NCBI RefSeq assembly: GCF_001949145.1 | Contig: NW_019091357.1 | Location: forward strand, 2,039,704 to 2,103,703 | Direction of reading: 5' to 3' | DNA: 64,000 bases | Origin: Acanthaster planci | Taxonomy: Eukaryota | Shown here: positions 13,798 to 33,919 of the stretch, one piece after another | Layout: each line of letters opens with the position of its first letter | How positions within the stretch are numbered: the stretch's first letter is position 1 | Notes under the pieces: model-generated | Seen by the model: only the letters and a program-made list of their open reading frames with translations | What the model was told of the DNA's origin: nothing | Database searches by the model: none | Program-made: the position numbers and the translations under genes

Positions 13798-14278
13798 GTA
13801 AAAGCTGTGGCTGCTGATATTTGGTTTTGTGAAGTCAAGCGTAACTTTTGATCCCGTAGCACATTTCCCCATATCTTCGCTTTTTTTCTCTGAGTAAAGG
13901 GGAACATGAATACTGTGCACATGTGTCCTGCTACTGTTGTTGAATGATTTCATTTCATTTCACTGTGTAGACTTCTGTAAGCTCATTACTACACACGGAC
14001 AATGTACATGTCGTATGTAATATTGTAAACTTTATGTGGAAGTCCTACACATGTGTATATACTCACAATTCCCACAAAATGCAATCTGAACAGTTGTGCT
14101 GTTCCAATATTTTGAACATATGGAATTTCCACAGATGCATCAATCCACGGAAAAGATACTCGTGAAACATCTACTGTTGTTGCCGCTGCTTTCGTTTGAA
14201 ACTTTCTTTCAAACACCTGTTGCTGTTTGGTTTGTTTTTTTTCTGACACCCCCTTTCCCCCGTCTCACGTTCCTCCAG

Positions 14279-17200
14279 CAGATGATAAGGTGCAACTCAA
14301 TTTCTCAGGCGTGAGCATAGACGTAGTCAACAGGGAGATCTTCAGCAAACGAACTTTTGCCAAAATACGGCATTTAAACAAAGAAGCGCAGGGCGCCGTC
14401 GACGAGACGACACGGAACGTTCTGTCGGACGTGTCAAGGCGGGGCAGGACATGTTTGCGAAGCTCCATCACCTTAGATGATTATATATATACACCTGGGG
14501 GACATTGGAAACCGAGGCATTGTGTACCGCGTTGGAAGGTACGTCTTATTTTTTTTTTCCTACTGCCTGTTAAAAAAATTGGATGCATACATTCAGGATG
14601 ACAGCGTAGGGCGATCGACGTGAAATGTGCTCGTTCATGGGATGTGCTGCGAATGATCGGAGACACTGACAACAAAGCTTTATGCGTCTGGAGGAAAACC
14701 AGAAAGTTACACTAGGCTTGCATTTTTAAAACTTTCATATCCAATTTGGGGGGGGGGGAATCTGTGACTGGACAGGTGAGATTTGCAGTTTTTGCCAGAA
14801 AATAAGCATTATACAACAAAAAGGTAAAGAAAATTTATTCACTTTCTGTGGTGTCTTTGTTTTGCCGGTCCTTTATCCCACAGGTAGCCGTTGTGGTTCC
14901 ATTCCGGGATCGCTTCACCCAACTGCCCATCTTCCTTCGTCATCTAGTGCCTTTTCTAAAGAAACAGCTCCTAGAGTTTGGTATTTATATCATTGAACAG
15001 GTGGGTAGATAAAGCTGTGATACTCACTGTAGGTTACCATGCGGCAAACAAGAATCGGGATCCGTCTGATGTTCTCAAGTTCCAAATAGGACCTAAACAA
15101 GATTGTTTCAGTAGCCAGATCTTTTTCTCCAGAGCTACTGTACCAAAATCATGGAAGATTTTTGGAGAAAAATTTGCTAGATAAATGAAAAGAGAGCCTC
15201 TCTGCTGATATGTGCTGTTCAGAATATACCGAGGAGCATTTGATTCCTGTGCGGCAGTAGATAAATATTGTTGGAATTCTTGGGAGTTCAAATGATTGGT
15301 TGGCCAAGACTGTTTTTTATTTTTGCCATGAACATTCCAAGGTACGAGAGACTAACTCAAAAGTCTGACTTGACTTTAAAATCTGGACAGGAAGCTGCTA
15401 GGAAAGCACTGCCGACCTTGCGGTTTAATGTGCACGGGAAACACGTACATGTACACGTCGTCGAATAATTCTTTTGGGGTTGTTGATGGTTGGTGTTTCC
15501 ATGCACTCTAAACACTTATAACCAGCTACGTCCGTCTCTGGAGTGACTCATGTGGTCAACAAACTTTTTTTGGAGCCCCATGCACCCAAACCTTTCTTGA
15601 CCGCTCACACACACACACACACAATCTGCACTGCAAAGGGCACGCTGCCCTTATCTGAAGTTTTCTGTGACTCATGCGCCAGAAGGAACTGTCTGCATGG
15701 ACAGTTGCTGGCTTTCTCTGAAAAGGCCCGACTCAGACTGAACCTGAGAGCATACAGAGGCGAGATCGCCTCCATAATGATTATATGCAATCACGGTTGA
15801 ACCTCGACGAAGAGATGCGTGTCACTGTGGATTGCAGGATTAATCAAAACAAAACAAACGAAAACAAAACAAACCAGTGATGAGTTATTGTGCCATATGT
15901 TTTCCTTGTACATGATCATAGAAAAACACTTTCACCACTGTGCATATACCCGGTACATGCAGGAGACAAATTGATTGAGGCATTGTGCAATTTTCTTTTT
16001 CAGATTCATACGGGGGTGAGAGTTGTCGAGGTGTTTTATCTTACTCATCTCCGAATTTAATCAGTAACAGTAATCCTCAATTTACGGTATAAACATTTAG
16101 CCTATTAAGTTGCGCTACTCACTGTCGGATTTCACATTTTGCATTTTGAGATTAATTGTTATGTGCATATTGGCTTTCTGCACATGCTGCATAATGTATC
16201 GTCAGATACACATTTAGCCCTCTGGTGGTACCATACATTGCACATTGAAAAAATTGCCAATGGGAACAAGACATCCCGTGGCAAGAATCTGCATCCACAT
16301 TCACCTGTGCATTTCACAAGGCGTAAAGATACGTCCTACTCATGTGCAAAGGCTTTACAGTGCTTTGTCCACTTTTGTATAAAAAGCATGAATGTGTTTT
16401 CACACTGAGGGTTATTGCTCCACATTTTGGAGGGTGAGGGTTAGAGTGAAGAGGACGTATTCCTTTTCCTCGCTTGATACCACCAATTGCCCACTTACCC
16501 TTTTGATCATTTCCCTCCGGCAATGGTTGCAGATTTATCAGGAAAGCATGCGTAAATTCCCTGTAAACAAATGCTCACCACCAGTATATATACAGGTGAT
16601 GTTGGTTTTCGTCCTTTGTTTCCTGCAGCTTCCACTTTTGTTGAACTTTTCTTCTTCGATCAAACAGTTCAAGAAGTATTTCAGTTGCCAGAATATCGGG
16701 AACAACTCGTCTTTTGTTTTTTTTAAATTTATCCCTCTGCAGAATAATAATGAGCCGTTCAACAAGGCTTTCCTCATGAACGTAGGGTTTTTAGAGTCGC
16801 TGCGATTCCAAGACTGGGACTGTGTCGTCCATCATGACGTGGACCATGTGCCGCTCAGCTATGCAAACTACTATGGCTGTGGCGAGATGCCGCGTCATTT
16901 CATGTCTGGGGAAGACACCTGGGATTACAAGTGAGTCCCGTCCTTGATCTCTGACCTTGCCGTAACGCGTTTGTCTGTGCCTTTGTTTAGTCATTATCAA
17001 GCAAACCAAGTGTGCCGTTGTACAGAGCGATTTCATTTGAAAGTCGGTATTTGCTAATGTGCCATGAAACTTAGAGTTTTTGTGGTTTTGATGAAATTTT
17101 TTTCCAGACTCATTCATTTTGTACTAACTCTGGTTCTGCCTGTATGTGTAATGTCATTCCCTAGCTCTTGTGGTTTGGAAAATGACTAGCCTGAAAACGT

Positions 17201-18490
17201 GGGAAAAATAATTTGTCAAAAACATCTTTACGTTGTACAATATTTGAAATATCTTACCAGGTACTCTTTGTGGAAGAAGTGCTCAGATCTTGATTTGTGC
17301 TGAAACATAAAGCTTTTTACATAATGTTGCTTACACGGATTCATGTAGCATTTCTGGATGTTGGTGAAGATCTCATCAAAGGTCATCAGAATCCACATTC
17401 TTTTTTTATGGCGGGAAACAGGTGGTCATTATCGTGATTTTGATTCCCCCCCCCTCCAGAATTCTGTACCCGGACATGTTTGGCCAAGTGTTCGGCGTGA
17501 CGCGGAAGCAGATGGAGGTGATCAACGGTTTTCCCAACGTCTACTGGGGCTGGGGAGTGGAGGACGACGCCATCTACAGCCGCATCCTCCTCCACGGCTA
17601 CAACCGCTCCCGACCGGTGGGGGAGGTGGGGTACTACAACACCATACGGCAAGACCACAAGCAGTCGGAGAGTAACAAAGTGAGGTGAGTCTCTGGCCGG
17701 CCGTCAAAGGCGAGGCCGGCGTCACGTTTGGCTATTCGCTGTGTCCGCTTGCCCCTTTCCCCACCCCAGTGGGTCAAGTGACTTGCCCACGATCCTGACT
17801 TGCTGCCACCAGCTGGATTCGAACCCCCGACCCCATGATCAGAAACTGCAAACCCTAACCCACTAGGCCGCGTGTCCTAATTACCAGAATGGTGATGAAA
17901 ACAAAAGAGGGCTTTTTGTTTTGGCTAAGCCAAACAGCTTTATACCTGACTTGGGAGACTTGACTGGGTCGTGATGGCCTTGGAAGACTGAGAATTTGAC
18001 AGTGTGTATTACAGTACCAGGCATTAGTCTGCTCTGAATTGCTTGGTGAATTTTGGTCAATACCTGGCTTTGAGAATAACTTTCATACCTTTGAAATCAC
18101 CCGTTTCTCACTGTAACAGCTGCTTAATAACATAAATTATGTCCGGTTGTCTAGCTTGTGGCAACTTGCAGGTCTGCTGTAGTTGTTTGTCTTGTATCCT
18201 TCAAAGATTCCATTAATGATTCAGATGTGTCTTTTGCTTTTCCCTCTAGGCACTGTTTACTGAGGCACGGTCGAGAGCGCGTCAACAGCGATGGACTGTA
18301 TAACATATGGTACTCTGTGCCCAGGATTACAGTAGAACCGCTCTATATCAATGTGTCAGTTGACATACGGCCACTGCCGTGGAATGCCACATGGACGTCA
18401 TGCGAGCACAATGCCCTGTCCAATACGATAGGCACGCTGGACTTTTTCTTCAATACGTTCCTGGGCTTTAGGCACATCTTTAGGAAGTGA
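14279..18490 (+). CDS. Glycosyltransferase family 7 (beta-1,4-galactosyltransferase / beta-1,4-GalNAc-transferase bre-4-like), catalytic domain; 5' partial
   Basis: Exons 14279(or 14282)-14538, 14884-15000, 16743-16930, 17460-17684, 18250-18490 (TGA), all GT-AG and phase-consistent. GT7 motifs: GGHWKP..C.PRWKVAVVVPFRDR, IYIIEQ, FNKAFLMNVGF, DCVVHHDVDH (DxD), INGFPNVYWGWGVEDD, DGL. The N-terminal transmembrane exon was not identified. Confidence 0.93.
17771..17877 (-). mobile_element. tRNA-derived SINE head followed by CORE-like sequence
   Basis: Minus strand: A box GGCCTAGTGG, B box GGTTCGAATCC, then GTGGGCAAGTCACTTGACC (MIR/CORE-like). Confidence 0.65.
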
Positions 18491-20045
18491 GGGCCGCCTT
18501 TACACCTACTTGCGGAAATTGTCCGCTGGATCTGTCTGTTTTGCATTTGGTTGCGAGTTAAACATTTGACTGCTCTCAGTTCAGATGCCGACAAGCTGAT
18601 AGGGAAATGTTGGTTCTTTTAATTTTTTTTTGTCTGAGGTGAGATGTCCATTGTGGTGCTGAAGATGTCTTCGATACTGTAGCATCTTCTTTTCCATTGT
18701 TGCAGCTGTCGCTGCTAACTTTTCCACTTGCTCATGAGTGGCTCGACCGGGCACGAATGTCACCACGCGAGACAGCAGGATCGGGTCAATACTACCTGTG
18801 GCCAAAGACCCGTCATCCTCTTTTGACCTCACACACCCCTCTTCTGTATTCTGCTGCTGCTCGGCACACTCGGCACCGTGTTCCGGCAGCTTGCACAATG
18901 CTCCAGTTGCCTGTCGTCACCCATTGTCTTCTTGCGAGTGGGAAAAAAAAACAGCTTGTCATTGGTGTTGCTGTGTCTCCATTTCATCAAGCGCCAATCT
19001 ACCAAAGGCAACACAGATTAATCACCTGCAATGATTATTGTATTACAAATACTGTACATTTATTAATCGATTAACTGATTAACCACTGCTGCTGTACTTC
19101 AACAGTCCGATACCTTTTACAACAAACAAATCATGTTGGAACTGGGGACTTAAGACATGCGAATAACTATCTAGTTACCAACTTACAGTTGAGTCCTTTT
19201 CTGAGATCTACATATTCATAAAGATAAGATTACACAGTAGTTGAAATGTCTCCACCGTTAGCCCCTCACACTTGACAGTGTTTGGACTTCAGGCTTTACA
19301 CACCGATACAAAAAAGGTATTAATACGTGTCTAGGCATTTGCAAAAGGACTAGGATTTGGACTAGAGTCTTGTTAGTCCATTTGCACATACAAAGATTTC
19401 TGTACTTGTACATCTTTAACATACTTCTCTGTCCAAACTTCTTGTCCGCACGGTTCAATTTGTGAATGTAATTTCAGGTGTTTTCTTACTCAGTAAAGGA
19501 TTCAACTGCTGCACTTGGTGTTTGGAGTTTTTTTTTTTCTTCCACGATTTTGCCATTTCTCCAGGACAAACTTGCATGTCAAAACAGCGTTTTGATTGGA
19601 CAAAAGTAGATAGCATTAATGATATTCATTCTTTCAAATGCAAAGGCTTAAAAAAAAAAAAACAACGAGGTTGATTCACTTCCCTCCTTCAGAAATTTGA
19701 CATGGTCTTCAGTGTGTGAAGCATTGAAGGTTAGCTGAAACCTGTCACCAAAAATTAGCGCCAGCAAATGATTGTAAAAGGAAATGACATTTAGGGAGAA
19801 GTGCGGTCAGTGTCACACAGTTCATGTCAGATCCTGCTCTTTTTTTTGTTTCCTTGTTTGTGTAATAGCAAAACTGAAACTGAAAGTTTCTTGACAAGAA
19901 AAAAAACAACAAAAAAAAACAACAAATTTTTGGATATGTTTTGGAAGTTGGCCTATATGTCATACATCCAGAAATCCGGTATCTCTGAATCTATTGTTGG
20001 TTTTGAGCAAAGATTGTAAAGCACTGGATAACTCTGCCCAAAAGG

Positions 20046-20202
20046 TGTAATTACCATGGGCGCCATTTGAGCAAGTGATACGCCTGTGCGGTTTACGGTA
20101 ATGCTTAGGTGCAGGCTCACCAGTTGCACGTGCCTGGTGCCTGCGCATTAATGTGCATTGCCCAGGCGTATCGCTTGCTCAAATGGCGCCCATGCGATTA
20201 CA
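20046..20202. mobile_element. Foldback/MITE-like inverted repeat
   Basis: ~45-bp imperfect arms tgtaattaccatgggcgccatttgagcaagtgatacgcctg / caggcgtatcgcttgctcaaatggcgcccatgcgattaca. Confidence 0.6.
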
Positions 20203-23200
20203 ATGTTTTACGTGTATTCACGGTGAAGTTCGCCATCTTGCGCCGCTACGCGACGATCTTTGGTTTTGAGCCCATCGTGCACAATGTCCAAAACGGCAAA
20301 TGTATTTGTTGTGGGGATGTGTGCACACAGCAAACCTAGTGTCAAACGCGGGCCTTGTCATAGATAACAGTCACATGCTGAGCAAGCACAAGTTAGCACC
20401 ATCAAAGTACACAAACAATTTCTTGAAGATGAAAAAGTTTGACAGGTTCCCCAAAACGTAATTAAATAGAGTGCACTTTATTATATTTCAGACAACACAG
20501 TCAAATAGTTTGCTTAGTTTACAACAAAATGTCTGAAAATATTTGAGAAGTTGTTTTCCCGGGGGAAGGGGGGGTGTGAGAGTCCATATTGCAAGTTAAG
20601 GGCCGTCGTGCCACTCAGAAGAACATCACCTCAAGTACTTAGTATTAGCTGTGCATATGTTCACAGCATCATTGTTCCTGAAAGCAGACACCTGTTGCAC
20701 ATTTATCCCTGTCACTGTAACTGTGTTTAGCCAACTGCTGGTCAGTAATTTCTAGTGAAAAGTGTCAACAGTTCACTTGATGGTTATGAGTTATTCTACA
20801 AGATGGAGGCTTAGTGTTGAAACAGTATTTGTGGCATGTTGTTGCATGGTTTAACAAGGGTGTTCCCGGAGTGATCATGCCTGTTTGCGGCATATTTCTT
20901 TGTCTAGACAAAAGGTTTTTTCCCACACCTTAATTTCCTCATTCACCTTGAGGAATCATTTCTTGGACTTTTATTTTTTTTGGGGGGGGGGTTGAAAACT
21001 ACCAAATATCACTTAGAACTTTTTCTCACTAACTGTTCCGCTAAACTTAAGCACTAGTGCAAATGTTGTGTTGATCCTCGTGAAATGTGTCATTTAGAAG
21101 GATGCCACTGGGCCTCTTCAAAACATACTGAACATGGTGTTCTGGAAATTTTTTGATTGGATGACTTATGGTGGACAGCCCTACTTTTTAAAGAAGCAGC
21201 AAATCGTTGATGCTGTAAGCAAGCTCATCTGTAGATTTTGGAATGATAGCTCAGCTCAAACGTTGGTTCTTGATTAACCAATAAAGGCTGTGACACGCTG
21301 CAACTCGGCATGGGGCTCACTCAGATTGCTTTTAAAAAGGCCTCTGAAATAATGTTAATAGACAAAGAGCCGTAAATTTTCCGTCGGCTCTGTACTCTGG
21401 AGCCAGAGCCAAAATCAAAGGAACAACAAAAAAGGGACTGGGCAAGGCTTGTTGGCACAGTCTGTGAGCACAGTATCACTCTTTGGCCACTGTAGGATGG
21501 TGATGCCTTAGGTGTCTTGGAACCAGACCAAAATGGCATCAGCATGATAGAAGCCAAAGCCATGTATAGAATGCTAGAAGAACTCACTACTCAGTCATGG
21601 AATTTTTTGTTTATAATTAGGTTGTGTATAATTGTTTGTTAATTTTATTGAGATTGTACCCATGACCTGTAACCCCAAGGCTGACCTTTGACCTTTGTCT
21701 GGAGCAGTGGCCATTGATATGATGCTTATGGGTGTTACTGTAATTAACCTTCACTCAAATATTTGCTTTTGTTAGGTTTCATTTATCAACTGAGAGTAAT
21801 GTAGTGGGATAAATTGAGAAAAATCAAATTAAATCTGTATAGATCTGTCTCCCAAATAAAAAGAAACCGGGGGAAAAGGAGAACATTTCTATAGCTTTAT
21901 TTAGACCACCAGCTGTTGGTTTGGTTGCAACGGACAGTTATCTATGATTATTTTTGGCCGAAAATGACGTTTCTTGAGAATGTGAAGAGTAATCTTTATT
22001 GAACATACAAAACTAATTATCTCCTGGATAGGCCAGGTTGGACAACATCTTCAAGACTGGTGTCCAACCTGAGCTTTCTCCTTGTAGGCGTCTAGAGGAA
22101 CAGACATGTTGTCTAGATATCTCTCTCTCTCTCAAACCTCTGCCAATGACATCAGCTATCCCCACAGCGCGGGTCCAGAAAGACAGCGCAAGTCGAAAGT
22201 GCCACAGAAGTTTATTGGTGCGTTTGTGTAGAATGGATGCGGTGAATCTGTGCATCAGTCCCCTTACGTTTTACCTTTTTTGGCTTTGTCAGTATTCAGA
22301 ATTTCAAAGGTTGAAAATCTTTTAAAAAAACAAACAAACAAACAACAGACACGAAAATCAAGCTAGAGTTGGATATCATGAAGGAAGAGTTGGACGGAAT
22401 TTTTTTTTTTCTCTCCTGAGAAACTGTACGCTGTAAAATTGTCTTTGTGTTGTAAACACGTAGTGACTCTACTTGTGTGCATGTAAAATATGTGGTGGAT
22501 TTCGTTCAAACTTATTGTATCCTAAACTCCGTGTTTTAGAATATTGTCAGTTTTTTAAGATATGTCTTACTGGGTAATCGTGCTTTTGGTGTCTGTTTTT
22601 AAAACATTCAGATGTTGTGCCCTCATATTGGTTTTCTTGCTGCTGTCATGTTTGTTGTTTGAAACTAGTCAGTGTGTTAATGTGGGAACTGTTTAATGGG
22701 GAATGGGCGGAGCTTGTAGTGAAAAAAGGGCGGGCACATTATCAGGAGGGTAAACATGATAGTAAGTGGTGTCATTTCTGCAGCTCAAAACTATGACGGT
22801 GAAAAGTTACCATTGAATTGTAATGTCAGTGTTGATGTTGAACTTTTCAATCGGCAGTTTTTGTTATCGTAAGTCTTGAATTTTTTCTTTTTCTGGAAGG
22901 TTATTGTGCTTTTTGTCATCGTGTGTCTGAGATGTTAGAGTCAAACTTGCCTGATTGATGTGAGCTGTGGTTGAGAGAAAAATGCATAAAATATTGTGAA
23001 TTGCTTAAGTGGAAAAAAACCTAATATTAATGAGTGTGTACATGTACTTTCCTTGTTTTCCATAAATTTTCTATAAACTTCACTGTATTGTTGTTAAAAG
23101 GAAGTTGATTTACCACATGGTTGATTCCTGCCGTACAGAACAGTGACTTGTTGGTTGAAAGCTTACCAAATTGTGCATTCTTGGCCTGAAATGTGTAAAT

Positions 23201-25167
23201 GTTGATCCACAGAGTAATTGTTTTCTGGAAGTAGTTTTGAAATTTGAAAGTTTTAACACCACATGCACGGTACATATTCTGGTTCCAACTACATGACCAA
23301 AGTCAGTGTAAACTTGTCATACTCCTACTTGTGTTCACGGAGATGTCCTTAATTACACAATAGCATTCCCACCCCCCCACATCTGATGTTTCTTTGGAAA
23401 GACTCTTCAGACATGGGAATATTTTCTGGTACAAAACGAGCAGCGTAAACGTTGCTAAATCCTGTCCAATTACCAGTCCTCTACAAGTTCTGTAACTTTA
23501 GTTCATGTCATGCCTGTATTCGTGGAACCATCAGCAGCCCTTTGTGTTGAGTCATGTCGAGTAATTTAGCTTTAGTTTAGAGAGCTTCAATAGCACGCCA
23601 CCGCCAAAAAGAAGTATAATTATTGTATGTGGAGCCTGAACTTGTATTCTTGGCCATTGTGGGGGAAAATGGATTCAGCTGGAGGTTCCTGATTGAAGGA
23701 CCTCGTTCGTGTCTTTATCTCGTCCAACTTTTGTCATTCAGCAAGTTTCAATATGTAACTGACCAATGATGGAGCTGATTGTCCAGTGGATTTACATACT
23801 TTGTTGAGTCCTTTTCCTCCATCTTCAGTCTGTTTCCAGTCAGTTTAATTCTGATGAAATTTGGAAAATCAGCACAGGGTTGTGACCAAGATCTTTTAAA
23901 AGATAATTTCTGAAAAGTGGTATAGAAATGTAGGATACATAGGCTATTACTAAGTTATGTGATACATCATTGTCTTTGCCCGGGCTTAAGCACTGAATGT
24001 ACTGACCATAAACTCTGTGTCACATGACTGCTGATCATGAGATTAGTGTCATGTGACCATTTGGTTCTGGATATGATGTACTTGTTGACGTGCCACACCC
24101 CATGCTTAGAACAATGTGTTGATTGATGCACTGAAGGTGTATTAGTTTTGGTGCAATGGATTTTCTGTGAATTGTGGGGGCTTGTTTTATGTTGATTAAA
24201 CTTGGAGAAGTTATGGGAAACTTATACACAAGATTGGAAGTTTTTTTGTTTGCCCGTATCTGATCTCGAAGGTTTAGTTTAATTATACTAATTAACAGGC
24301 CAAAATGATCATAGTGTCTTATTCAACCCACATAGGGCCAGAACCTGCACAACTTGAACACTTCAATTAACACAGTTGTAGTCATGAATTTAGCCTCTTG
24401 TGGCTCGATGGGGCCTTCCTTATTGTTCCGTAGCATTTAGGGAGGCAGCTACCAGGCTAGGAGAGTATTTTTATCCTTGGTGTATGTAGTGTACCGTATA
24501 GAGTTGTTTACAGAATACATATAATTGCTTTGTACATTATTCCTGGGGACACAATGAGTTCCTATAATGCTGGAGGATATATATTGAATAAATTGCTGAT
24601 TTGCTTAAATGGATGAATGAACTCTGACATCTGTCTGTTCTGTGTCTCTGAAGATGGCTTTTTCACCAAGGATGTGGGGATCGAGGAACTTGTGCTGTTT
24701 TTGGGAAGTTATCAAAACACCTCCCCCCACCCTGCCCCTCCCCCACCTTTGCTGTAGTCCCCTCCCCTCTCTGTTGGTCAAGTCCTTTATTTCCAAATCT
24801 AATGGAAATAATAATTAACTTATGTTTTCCACCCCCCAAACCTGAGTTTGTTTTGTTCAGTGTCCTGTGCATATAATAATTATGTTAACATTTTAAAGAC
24901 CGCATGCAGGAAAAGAACTTCTGCTCAGCATTAAAGACAAGGCCAAGGCTCTTGTGAATTATGACCACTTTGCAAGTCCTTGACCTATAAATATCGAGCT
25001 TGCTTCAATTTTGTTTGATTTCGCGTGCCATATGATTGATAACCAGAGAGCCCTCAATTGGCGAACTTCAGTGAACAGCTACTCAGTATTTTTTTGCCAA
25101 GTGTTGTTGGTGATGGTCTTGGATAAGTGTGGCATTTTGCGGGAAACTCGTGAGTATAGTCTTCAAA

Positions 25168-32356
<7,189 letters not shown>

Positions 32357-33919
32357 CATCAGTTAAGTAGTCGGTGAAACCACATGACATGGTCAAGTTA
32401 TCACATTTATGTAAATAGTGTGCCTTCAGGAAAAGGCCTAGTCAAAGAGTCCCGACTTACTGTGTTTCCTAATGGATTTGAGGAGTAGCCTGTAAACCAG
32501 CGCAAATGTGCATTCAACCAAGAAAACACTCATATTTAACCAGTTCAAGGCAAGTCAAGTTAATATCACTAGTTAACGGTTGAATAGTTTAAGAAGTCTG
32601 CTAATATCACACTAAAATTTGCAAATAGTTTGGCAACCAACTCCTTTTCACTACATTGTGCATACTTGTATGTGAAACCTTTATCACTTTGTGAAAATAA
32701 AAAAAAACATTTTCAGACTTTGTATCTTTGCCAAGTAAGCTTCTGCACTGAAAAATACAAATTTTTTCTAAATAACCCAAGTTTTGCAAGTACATTCGTT
32801 GCGTAGAATTCAATAGGTGTTTATTCTATTTATTAACGCGTTGACACGTTAAAGAACATTTAGGTAAAGGGCCGAGCATAGATTTGCTTTTGTACCCTGA
32901 CCTATTGACAGACATACATATTATAACATAGGACAACACAAGACATGAACATGTTTTGGGCAATGATACACATACGGACAAACACTGACAGGCAGGAGAT
33001 AAATACAATGCATCAAAATACAATACTAGTCGGTACAGGTGATGTATTCAGAAAGTATTAGATTTTTCAACTTTACAGCAAATGTTAATAAAGTGGGCGC
33101 TGCTTTTACAAGTAATTTTAGAATCATTGGAGCTTGAAGGTACTTTGTATGGTACCCTGTCTCCTTGTTACACATGGTTATGTACTTTTTCCTCGTCACA
33201 ACAGTAAATAAAGCACTTGATGAAACACATGATGCATTGCATTGCAGCTTCTTGTTATTGGATTTAAAAACTGAAGAGTATTGCTAAACATGTAGCATGT
33301 TTCATTTTAAAAGTTGTCTTAATGTTTCTTAAGCGTCCTTTTTTAGATGATTAAAAAAAAAAAACAACTGCCACCAAGATTAAAAAAATAAACAAAAACT
33401 AAATAGTGAGATTTACATGTACAACAGAAAAATCGCTATAATTCTTACATTTAACACTTAACAGGCAAGTACTGTCAATCAATTTCCATGTTTTGGAGAA
33501 AAATGCATAGAATTTGCGCAGTTCGACAAGAAAGCCAGTCTTTCTTACCGTCATCCACTCATCTCTTTTTTTTCCCAAATATTATGTTTGTGCAGAAAGC
33601 ACCACTACTACAGATTTCCACTGCACAGAAACTGCCCACCGATTTTTGATAATCCACATAAAATAAAATTGAGGTTGTTTGCTTGTCCAATTTGTGTACT
33701 TAAGTCTCTTTTGAGCTTTGTAGGAAGTTTTTGCAATCAAACAAAATAATGGAGAAGGGTTTCAAGCCTTCATGATTAAGCTTCAAGAAATTATACTAAA
33801 TCTTGGCTTAAAACTTGTTTATGTTCAGAAAAGAAATATGGTTTCTGTGGGGAATAAATTAGTTTTTATTAAGTAGAGAATGTACATTAATTACAGAGTT
33901 GATTCTATAAAGGCCTGAG

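Noticed and set aside
330..13953. Many 60-150 aa ORFs rich in C/T/V/H/M/Y
   Set aside because: Translation by-products of TACATG repeats and chance frames; no domain motifs or splice support.
17771..17877. tRNA gene (also considered at 45611-45743)
   Set aside because: Pol III boxes are present but there is no complete cloverleaf or acceptor stem, and SINE body sequence follows.
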